From NCBI GenBank assembly GCA_965603475.1, contig CBFDDD010000001.1, positions 40,003 to 104,002 of the forward strand: 64,000 nt of DNA. Reading direction: 5' to 3'. Shown in pieces: positions 47,391-57,100 of the stretch. Every line of letters begins with the position of its first letter. Position 1 is the stretch's first letter. The notes under the pieces were generated by a model. The model did not search any database, had not been told where the DNA came from, and saw nothing but the letters and a program-made list of their open reading frames with translations. The DNA comes from an uncultured Myxococcales bacterium. GTDB lineage: Bacteria > Myxococcota_A > UBA9160 > UBA4427. Both the position numbers and the translations under genes were made by a program.

Positions 47391-49012
47391 GACGAGCATT
47401 GTCGAATTCTTTCGTCGCTCTGGCTTCGACGGTGTGTCTTGCGGCCGCGGCCATGACCACCGCGTCGAGCGCGGTCGAATTACCGCCACGCAACTCGTTC
47501 CTGGCTGACTCGGTCTATCCGTTGGGTCACGGCGATTCCGGTCAACAGGATGCCCTTCCGGTGAACGGGCCGAGCGATCCAGGTCCGGAACTGGATGTTT
47601 CCGAGATCCAGTATGCGCCGACAGGTCCGGCGCAATTCGGCGCGTATACGTCGAGTCCCTATCCGGATGGCCGGCGCGTCATCTGGAGCAACGGGCTCGA
47701 CCGGATCGTGAAGGTCGATTTCGAGACGTTCGAGATTCTTGCGACCCGTTGGGTCGAAGGGGCACGTCGCTGGACCGAAGCCGACGCGGAGTCGTCGATC
47801 TCCGGCTTCGAAGAGTCGAATGAAGGGATGTTCGCCATCTGGCAGGCATTTCAGGACGCCTCGAAATTACGCGATATTTCGAGCGTCTATACGGTGCTGG
47901 ACGTGGACAACACCTACTTCATCGCGGACAAGAGCGGCACGATCACCGCCTATGCGGACGCGGATTCGAGTGACCCGGCTTCAGCGATCGTCGAGAAGGC
48001 GAGTTTTCGGTTGCCGGAGTTCGTGACGGGATTGACGGTCGGTATGAACATGACCTTCGATGGTTGGCTCATCGTGCCGACCGAACACGGTTACGTCGTC
48101 GCGATCTCACGTGATCTGAAGGAGCATCACGTCATCCGGATGCGACATAGCGATGGCGCCGAGGACAAGGCCACTCGGCCGACAGGATATGGGTGGGTTC
48201 GCAATGGCGTCGCGATCGACGAGGACGGTGGGATCTATATTGCTTCCCAGGAACACATGCACAAGCTGGTCTGGACGGGGGAACGTCTGTCGGCCGACGC
48301 CGGCGACGGCGCATGGACAGCTCGTTATTTGAACGGCTGGGGCCACGGTACCGGCGCGACGCCGAGTTTGATGGGCTTTGGTGATGAGGATCGGTTCGTT
48401 GTGATCACCGATGGCGAGCCGTTGATGAACGTCGTTCTGTTTTGGCGTGACGCGATTCCTGAGGGATGGGAGACCCTCGAGAAATCGCCAGATCGTCGCA
48501 TCGCGGGAATGCTTCCCGTCGATATGGGCGACCCGAACCTTTCCGAAATTCAATCGGAACAGTCCGTCGTGGTGGCGGGGCAGGGGGCTCTCGTCGTAAA
48601 CAACGTGCCGAGAAATGTGCCGTGGTACTTGCCGTCGCGTGCCCGTACTCTGCTCGTGAGTTATCTCGGAAGCAATCCAACCTATCAGCCCTACGGTGTC
48701 CAAAAATTCGAATGGGACAAACCTGCGCAAGCACTGCGCAATGCCTGGGTGAATCGAGACGTGAGTTCGCCTAGCTGTGTCCCCATCGTGAGTTACCCGA
48801 GTGACCGCGTGTACCTGATTGGCGCCCGCGAGAATCGCTGGACGGTCGAAGCACTCGAGTGGAGTGACGGTCGATCCGCTTTCCATTCCGTGATAGGCGG
48901 GCAGCGGTACAATCCGCTCTTCTCGGGAACGGAACTCGACGAGCTCGGCCGCGTTCACTACGGAACGCCATGGGGTCGTGTCCGACTCGTCCCCCGTGAC
49001 TCGAACGATTGA
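47387..49012 (+). CDS. exported protein of unknown function (beta-propeller-like by composition)
   Basis: Signal peptide (FVALASTVCLAAAAMTTASSA). The repetitive beta-rich sequence has no motif I recognise. ATGA overlap with the crotonase gene. Confidence 0.5.
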   Translation: MRRALSNSFVALASTVCLAAAAMTTASSAVELPPRNSFLADSVYPLGHGDSGQQDALPVNGPSDPGPELDVSEIQYAPTGPAQFGAYTSSPYPDGRRVIWSNGLDRIVKVDFETFEILATRWVEGARRWTEADAESSISGFEESNEGMFAIWQAFQDASKLRDISSVYTVLDVDNTYFIADKSGTITAYADADSSDPASAIVEKASFRLPEFVTGLTVGMNMTFDGWLIVPTEHGYVVAISRDLKEHHVIRMRHSDGAEDKATRPTGYGWVRNGVAIDEDGGIYIASQEHMHKLVWTGERLSADAGDGAWTARYLNGWGHGTGATPSLMGFGDEDRFVVITDGEPLMNVVLFWRDAIPEGWETLEKSPDRRIAGMLPVDMGDPNLSEIQSEQSVVVAGQGALVVNNVPRNVPWYLPSRARTLLVSYLGSNPTYQPYGVQKFEWDKPAQALRNAWVNRDVSSPSCVPIVSYPSDRVYLIGARENRWTVEALEWSDGRSAFHSVIGGQRYNPLFSGTELDELGRVHYGTPWGRVRLVPRDSND

Positions 49013-49184
49013 CATCCACAGCACGCATTGTGGGGGGAACTTTCCCGACGGATCGAATTCGTGGAGGCGGCAGGAGAGTCTGAGCAGATTCATTCGAATT
49101 TCGTGGTCGGATTGAAGCGCTTGCCGATCTGCTACCGGATTGCGCCGGCTGGTTGACCATCGTCCCGGCCGGATTCGGTGAGGA

Positions 49185-50480
49185 CTAGAAGGTCGAAGGG
49201 ATCAGGGTCGAAGGGATCGGGACGGGAATCGCTCGCGGCCGATAGAGATCCACACGTTCGCGCAGCATGTCGAGAACAGTGAGTGTCTCAGAAGCATTTT
49301 TTGCGAAAAGATTGCAGACATACGTCACCACCAGTTCGCCTGGAGAGGCGAACTGGGGATGTGCTTTGGCTGCATAGCAGAATAGATTCTGGTCTCTGCT
49401 TCGAGCGTGGCCGGGATCGGTTTCGGGAATCAGGATAAGCTCTTCCGGGTTCGACCAGGGCCCCTCTAGATCGCGCGCTGTTCGAATCTGGATCGCCGTA
49501 GTCGTCTCGATCTCGTCTGTGGATGTGGGGTCGCTGTAGACCGCTATCCAGATCCTCCTGAGGGAATCGAAGTGAATACTCATCTCGGAAGCATCGTCGT
49601 CCATCACGATCCTGGCTTTGCCGGGATCGAATCCGGATTTCCAGTTCGAATCTGATGCCAGGGTCTCGAAGGAATCGGAGAGATCGAGTTTCCAATGCAC
49701 GAGCTCATCGAGTCCGAGCCGGCTCAACATACGTGGCGTCCGTCCATCACCGCGATCGAAAAAGGCAAAGGTGTAGAGATGAGAGCGGGTCGTGACGAAT
49801 GCGCTTCCTGGAAAGGCATGCGTGTCGTTCGAGAGGGTCGAGATCTGAATACGCCAGTCAGTGGGTGCATCTCGATAGTTCTCGATTCGCGCCAGGTCCA
49901 TCCCGATCAGCCTGAACGGAAGGTTGAAAGGTCCGCGGGGCTCGGAATGAGCAACCCGCAACAGGCCAATGAAGAGGACGTTGTGCGCTATGAATCCATC
50001 AAAGAGCCAATAGTAGGGAAGGCTACCGGTCTCCTCGATTGCGGCTCGAGTCCAATCTGCTTGGAGGTCCGGCACGAAGAACGCACGAGGCGTACCCCCT
50101 TCGTCATGCTGCCAGAAAGTTTCGAGGCTCCAGACTCCACCCGGCTCACAACGTGAGATTCCGATTGTGTTATGCACATAAGGATAAGTGCGCTCCCTGG
50201 GCGTGTTCGGATGCTGCACGAATGTGTCTCCGAACAGCCACAGACTGACGCGACCCTCGTCGATCGGGAGCGGCACGGAATAGGCTGCGTCTCCTCCGTA
50301 CCATCCGTTGTGATCGGGGAATTCGGGGAGGCATTCGGACTGGACACCGGCGAATGATTCCTCCGGCAAGGCGAGGGGCGCATCAGAGTGAGGGATCGCC
50401 GCGGTGCAACCCAGTCCGCTCCAGGGCAGCCAGATGAGCGCCGCGAGTACAAGGATCGTTTTGAAGGGTGAAAATCGCAT
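49185..50480 (-). CDS. exported protein / probable lipoprotein of unknown function (WLFGDTF motif, possibly DUF4185-like beta-propeller)
   Basis: Signal peptide with Cys (LIWLPWSGLGC). LWLFGDTFV and HNTIGIS are reminiscent of sialidase-like/DUF4185 folds. The family assignment is tentative. Confidence 0.45.
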   Translation of the reverse strand: MRFSPFKTILVLAALIWLPWSGLGCTAAIPHSDAPLALPEESFAGVQSECLPEFPDHNGWYGGDAAYSVPLPIDEGRVSLWLFGDTFVQHPNTPRERTYPYVHNTIGISRCEPGGVWSLETFWQHDEGGTPRAFFVPDLQADWTRAAIEETGSLPYYWLFDGFIAHNVLFIGLLRVAHSEPRGPFNLPFRLIGMDLARIENYRDAPTDWRIQISTLSNDTHAFPGSAFVTTRSHLYTFAFFDRGDGRTPRMLSRLGLDELVHWKLDLSDSFETLASDSNWKSGFDPGKARIVMDDDASEMSIHFDSLRRIWIAVYSDPTSTDEIETTTAIQIRTARDLEGPWSNPEELILIPETDPGHARSRDQNLFCYAAKAHPQFASPGELVVTYVCNLFAKNASETLTVLDMLRERVDLYRPRAIPVPIPSTLIPSTF

Positions 50481-50587
50481 CTCAGGCGACTCGGAAGGTA
50501 GGTGGAGCCGTTCCAGTTCGCTCGAGTCGGGCCGGGAATCGCGATCTGAAAATTTGCGTCGATGGTCTCGTCCGACCCGATCGGGTC

Positions 50588-50628
50588 AAGAGTCCGATAT
50601 CGGACTGATCTGCCGGAAGAGTCCGATA
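50588..50628. promoter_or_regulatory. candidate operator: perfect 16-bp palindrome plus a repeated 12-mer half-site upstream of the lipocalin/PKS operon
   Basis: AGTCCGATATCGGACT at 50591-50606 is its own reverse complement. The 12-mer AAGAGTCCGATA occurs at 50588-50599 and again at 50617-50628. The site lies in the 215-bp divergent intergenic region. Confidence 0.35.
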
Positions 50629-50695
50629 CGATGTTTTGAAGGTTTCTGGCGTTCCCCATAATTTTGCTTCGCTACCTTTGCTTTCGGGGGATTCC

Positions 50696-51136
50696 ATGAA
50701 AAACGGCGAAGCGCTGATCGGGTCGTGGAAGCTCGATTCTTTCGAATTACAGTCCGCGACCGGCGAGATCAGTCATCCCTACGGTCGCAAGCTGACGGGC
50801 TATCTCTTCTATAACGAAGATGGATACATGTCGGCGGCATTCATGAATGCCGACCGCGGTCGTATCGGTGATGGCGAGCTGTCCGAGGCAGCAAAAGCCA
50901 GCAACTACGACCACTTCATGGCCTATACCGGTCCCTTCGAGGTGAACGGCGACAAGATTACGCATAGCGTCGAGGTCAGTTCGCTCGAGGCTTTCATCGG
51001 ATCGATTCAGGAACGTTGGTTCAAGATCGATGGTGATCGGCTCGATCTGCTGACGGCGCCCCTGGCCGTCGGAAGCGACGCGCCAGTCGGTCGACTCGTC
51101 TGGCACCGCGTCACGAACGCCAATCGGCCATTGTGA
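50696..51136 (+). CDS. lipocalin-like beta-barrel domain protein (Lipocalin_5-type)
   Basis: LIGSWKLDSFELQSATGEISHPYGRKLTGYLFYNEDGYMSAAF is typical of the bacterial lipocalin-like domain. GGGGGA precedes ATG 50696, and the stop overlaps the PKS GTG (GTGA). Confidence 0.65.
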   Translation: MKNGEALIGSWKLDSFELQSATGEISHPYGRKLTGYLFYNEDGYMSAAFMNADRGRIGDGELSEAAKASNYDHFMAYTGPFEVNGDKITHSVEVSSLEAFIGSIQERWFKIDGDRLDLLTAPLAVGSDAPVGRLVWHRVTNANRPL

Positions 51137-54100
51137 CCTCGGAGCGAACGACGTCGGATCCGATCGCGATCGTAGGGATTGGTTGCCGCTACGCCGATGC
51201 GCGCGGGCCGGCAGAATTCTGGGAGATCGTTCGATCGGGTCGCAATACCGTTCGTGAGGTGCCACAACATCGCATCGACCTCGGTTACGACATCGATCAT
51301 TTTTACGACCCCCGGTTGCGGATACCCGGCAAGATTTCTTCGAAGAAGGGCGGTTTCCTCGAACATCCCGAGCTTTTCGATCCGGCTGCGTTTGGCATAG
51401 CGCCTCGCGACGCGCTCACGATGGAGCCTCAGCAGAGGCTCATGGTCGAAGTGACCTGGGACGCACTCGAAGATGCCGGCATCGTTCCCGAGAGCATCAT
51501 GGGCGAGCGAGTGGCAGTGATGCTCGGGTACATGGCCGAGGATTATTCGCGCGAAAGAACCGGCGTGGTGGGTGAGGCCTCGGTATTTCGTGGGTACGAT
51601 GTCTTTTCGGTCAGCGGGATGTCGCACGCCGTCCTCTCGGGCCGCATCGCGTATATGTTGGGTGTAACCGGGCCGAGCTTTACCGTCGATACGGCCTGTT
51701 CTTCCTCGCTGATTACGACGCATCTGGCTTGTCAGAGCCTGCGGCGCGGTGAGTCCAAAATGGCGATTGCCGGCGGCGTGAACCTCTTTCTCTCTCCCGA
51801 GGGCAATATCGCTCTTTCTCGCAGCGGCATGCTCTCCATGAGCGGTGCCTGCAAGGCATTCGATGCGTCCGCGGATGGTTTTGTCAGAGCTGAGGGAGCT
51901 GGTGTCGTCGTCCTCCGACCCCTCGCGGATGCGCTGGAAGAGGGCAACCCGATCTACGCGGTCATTCGTGGAAGTGGAATCAGTTCCGATGGGCGCGACG
52001 GCGGCCATATGATGGCGCCCGGGCGTGGTGGGCAGGCTCAGGCCATGCGTGATGCCTACGCGCAGGCGGAAATTTCTCCCTCCGAGATCCAATATGTGGA
52101 GGCCCACGGTACCGGCACGATGATTGGTGATCCGGTCGAGATCGCGGCCCTGGCGGATGTCATGGGGCCGGGAAGATCGCCGGATCGACCACTTCGGGTT
52201 GCATCCGTGAAAGGAAATCTGGGTCATACGGAGTCGGCCTCGGGGGTGGCCGGACTGATCAAGACTGTGCTTTGCATCAAGCATCGTGAGATTCCGGCGC
52301 AACTTCACTTCGAGACGCCCAACCCGGCCATTCCCTGGGATGATATTCCGATTCGCGTGCAGAGCGAGACGACGCCGTGGCCTGGCTCGGGCCGCGCACT
52401 GGCTGGCGTCAATTCGTTCGGAATCAGCGGGACCAATGCACACGTCGTACTCGAAGGCCCGCCCGAACCCGCGGTACGCGAGACACTGGACACTGGTTCA
52501 CGCCGACCGGCGCTCGTTCCGATCAGCGGCCACAACGCCAAAGCACTTCATGAAATGGTGGAGAACCAGTTCGATGTACTGGGTCGGTCCAGCACTCCGG
52601 GACTCGAAGACCTCGCATACACGCTCAGCCAACGGCGCACCCATCGCGCACATCGCCTGTGCGTCGTTGCCAGCTCGAAGGACGAGATGCGCAGAGAACT
52701 CGAGGCCTATCTTGCGGATAGCCCCTCTGCATCAGTGCAGTCGGGAATTGCGTCGCCCGGGGGCGCTCCAAAGATCGTCATGATCTTTCCGGGTCAGGGT
52801 TCGCAATGGCTGGGGATGGGGCGGGGGCTACTCGAGAAGGAATACAGCTTTGCCGATTCGATCGATCGAATCGACGCGGCCTATCGGCAGCATGTCGATT
52901 GGTCATTGCGAGCTGTGCTCGACGGCAGCTCCGCTGTCGACTGGACTTCACGACTCGATGTTCTCCAGCCCGTGCTCGTCGCAGTGGAGATTGCTCTTGC
53001 GGAGCTCTGGGGGAGTTGGGGAATTCGGCCTGATCGTGTGATCGGACAGAGTATGGGCGAAATCGCGGCTGCGAACGTCGCGGGCATTCTCTGCCTCGAG
53101 GATGTTGCGCAACTCGCGTGTCATCGCGGGCGAATCGTTGACAAAGCTTCGGGTCGCGGCGCGATGGCCGTCGTTTCGCTGTCTGTCAAACAGGTGAGCC
53201 CCTTGCTCGAGGCGCAACGTGGGCGCGTCGAAGTGGCCGGATCGAACGCGCCGACGACAACGATCTTGTCCGGAGATCGTGATGCGGTCATCGCGGTCGT
53301 GTCAGATCTCGACGCTCTCGGCGTATTCGCGCGACGACTCGAAGTCGACTTTGCATCGCATTGTTTCCACATGGATCCACTCCTCGAGCCGTTTCGAGCA
53401 GGTATCGAGGGCATCAAACCGGCACCCGCGCGGATCCCCTTCGACTCGACGGTGGACGACGGTGAGAAGTCGGGTGAGGATCTCGATGTCGACTACTGGG
53501 CGCGCAACCTACGAGAATCGGTGGCGTTCGAGCAGGGTCTCTCGCGATCGATCGAGGCCGGGGGAGAAATCTTCATCGAGGTTTCTCCGCATCCGACGCT
53601 TTCCCGTGCCACGGGTGAGATCGCGCAGAAACTCGATCGCTCAATCGCGCACGTCTCTTCACTCCAACGGGACCAGGACGAGCAGCATTCACTGATGACG
53701 TCGCTCGGCGAGCTCTTCGTTCGTGGGGCCAAAGTCGATTTCGAAACGCTGCAACCGCGCGGTCGCGTCGTAGAGACACCTCTCTATGCGTATCAGCGAA
53801 AGCGCTTCTGGTTCAGTGAGCGAAATCGATCACACACCTTCCGACCCGTCCATCCACTTCTAGGCACACGATCAGAGTCGTCGATCGATCCCCGACTTCA
53901 TGCCTGGGATTTCGTGCTCGACACGGATTCCGCTGGCTTTATCCAGGATTACTCAGTGAATGGCCGGGGCGGCGCGCCCGCGGCGCTCTACCCGGAGTTG
54001 GCGTTGGCCGTCTCCGAGGCAATGTGGCCAGGCAATCCCGCCACGGTTCATCACCTCGAGCTGATCCGCCCGCTGAGCTTTGGTAGACATGGTCGGTGCT

Positions 54101-57100
54101 GGGTGCAGGTCAATCTCTGCGTCGAGGGCGAACGATCCGGTGAGCTTCGGATTTCGAGTCGCGAGAACGAACAGGCAGCATGGACCCTGCACGCGACCTG
54201 TCAGCTCGCACCCGCGAAGGCAGAGCCTGGGAGCCAGGTGCTCCGTGCGCGGATGAAGGCGACGCTCGATCGTTCGAATAACGTCTCTTTGCCATCGGAT
54301 ATTCACTTCACGGCGCTCGAGCGCTGTGGTGTTTCGCTGGGGCCGAGCTGCCGAACGCTTCGAGAGCTGGAATCCGAGCCGGCGGAGGGCGGAGGCTCGA
54401 GTGGTCTGGTCGCACGGATGATGTTGCCGCGGGTGAGTGAATCGGAGTGGTATTCCTATCGCGCGCATCCGGCGATTCTGGAAGGCTGCCTCCAGCTTGT
54501 GGGCACACTCCTCGAGCCGGCGGCGGCGGTCCGTGTGATGGCGCTGGGTGAGATCACCTTCAATGGAGAGCTGGGAAGCGATTGTTGGTGCCGCGTTAGT
54601 CGCCGAGAGAGTGGGCCTCTGGGAGATCGAGCGCCCGAAGTCGTGGTCGCAGATCTCGAGTTTTTCGATCGACAGGGTCTGCCCATTGGCTGGATCGAGG
54701 GCGTGCAGGTCGAGGCCCTGCCGGAGCAGGCAAAGCAGAGAACGGGCGTTTCGAAGGGCCTCCATCGCATCGACTGGGTGGCCACGGATACGGCGTCTGC
54801 CGAGACCAAACGAGATGTCAACAGGTGGATCATCGTTTCGGATTCGGCGGCGGAGGCTGCAAGTCTGACCGTAGAGCTCGAGAAGCAGGGTGATCACTGC
54901 TTTTTCTGTGAGAAGATCGAAGACCTAGAATCCCTCGTCGATCGTCTGCATGCCGACGCCCTGGCGCCCTGGGGCCTCGTCCTCCTGGCGTGGTCCGAAT
55001 CGGGGTTCGATGGTCCTGGCGGGGCGCTTGCGCATCGAGCCTTCCGGATCGCTTCCTGGGCGGCTGCCATGCGAGACCATCGCGGAGACGCGTCTCAGGT
55101 CTGGCTTGCGACGCGTGGTGTGCAATCCGTTCGGACAGGGGAGGGGCGGCCGGTCGAAACAGGAACGCTCGTCGCCCGCGAGATCGACACCTTTGCCCGC
55201 TGTGCGGAAATGTTGCAATGCCGACACTTTGATGCGAGCGCACGTCTCGAATATGCCGAGCGCGTCTCCCTGGCTGTGCTGATGGGTCGAGGCGATTTGG
55301 ATCGACAGTTCGTAGCAAGAGGTGAAGATGTCTTCGTACCTCGTTTGGCCACGATCGATCTGACTGTCGCTGAAGAGTCGGGTATTCGGAAGCGCTCTCT
55401 GGTTCCGGCGGAGGATCGAAATTTTCGTGCCATCCACACCGGGGCCGAAGGTCTCGATTGCCTGGCTCTAGCGGAGATCGAAGAGCCGGAATTGGTCGCC
55501 GGGAATCTTCTGGTCGAAGTGCGAAGTGCTGCGCTGAGCCAGCTCGATGTACTGACCGGTCTGGGACTCGCTCGACGTTCCGAGCATGGCCACGACGAAG
55601 TCATGCAGAATGTCGCGCGAGATTTCTCGGGTGTCGTCCGAGCCGTTCCGGATTCGACATCGGCCTTCGAGGTTGGTGACGAGGTGATCGGTATTCACGC
55701 GGGTGCGTTTTCACGAAGACTGGTCGTTCCCTCCGATTTCGTCGTTCGAAAACCGTCTTTCTTCGACTATCACGAGGCCGCCAGCGTGCCTTTCCCGTTC
55801 CTGGTCGCGAAATATGCGTTGCAGGTCGTGGCGCGTCTTCGCGCGGGCGAACGGGTGTTGATCCTGTCTGCTGCAGGCGGGATTGGACAGGCGCTGATCC
55901 AGGTTGCACGATCCGTTGGAGCGGAGGTGAACGCGACCGCCAGTTCACCCGAGCGGTGTGCGGTGCTTCGTGAGCTGGGCGCTCGAGTCCTCGATTTCGG
56001 GTTGGAGGGGACTCCATCCGACGGCGCGCCCGCCGAAGGGTTGGGCGATTTCGACGTCATCGTCAGTGCCAATTCGGGATCGACGATGCATGCGATGCTG
56101 GCGCGGCTGGCGGCAGAGGGGCGATACATCGATCTGTGTCCTCGCGCCCGCTTCGAGCGACCGGAATTGGGTGCACTTCGCCTGGGTGCGAATCGATCCG
56201 TCTCGGCGATCGATATCGGGGAGATGATCCAGACGGAACCGACTCTCGTTTCGGCGTTGCTCGAGCAGATCGCGGAAGATGCGAATCGCGGACGCGTACA
56301 GCCGATCAAGGCCACGGTCTTCAATGTTTCCGAGGGGGCCCGTGCCTTGCGCTTCATGGCCCAGAATCGTCACATCGGTCGGGTCTGCGTGGATCTCGCC
56401 GATGCTCGGCAGACCCTGGTACGGCCCGATGTGAAGCCGGGTACCGAGCTGGCAGGTCGCGGAGTGTTCGTTGTGGGCGGGTTGGGTGGTGGCGTTGCTG
56501 CTGGCGTCGCTGGCGACGTTGATGGCAGAACCGAATCGGACGGAAACGAACTCGAGATCGGGCCGGCCGTCGCGACCTGGCTTCGAGACCACGGTGCCGA
56601 CGAGGTGATCGAGCTGGGTTCGAGAGAATCCGACGGGGTCGTGGCGACAATCCGAGAGCAGGGATTGCGACTGGGAGGCTGGATCCAGGTCGTCTCGGAG
56701 ACCGATCGGCGCCCGGACGAGATCCCGCCCTTCTGGACAGCGGGACCGGTCGATTTCTGCGCACTCGTCTCCATCCGTGAGAGCGCTGGCGACGATCGGG
56801 ATCGCAATCGTGCCTGGGAGACCCGGCTCACGATCGATCGGCTGCTGCTCTCGAATACGCGAGATGCAGATCGATCGATCGGCGTTTCGGTCGGTCGAGA
56901 CGTCGCTCCTGAACGAGTGATCCAGGTGCTCGAAAAGGCGATCGTGGACGACCTTTCGGAGTCTCAGGTCGTGGTACTCAGCGACGACGATCTCTCTGCC
57001 CGTCTTGCGGAGACGCCGTCCCCGATCCTGGCAGAGCTTCGGCAGGGAAGTGAGAGCCGTCAGCGCTCCCACCTGCTGCGCGCGGAGCTCCTGTCGCTGA

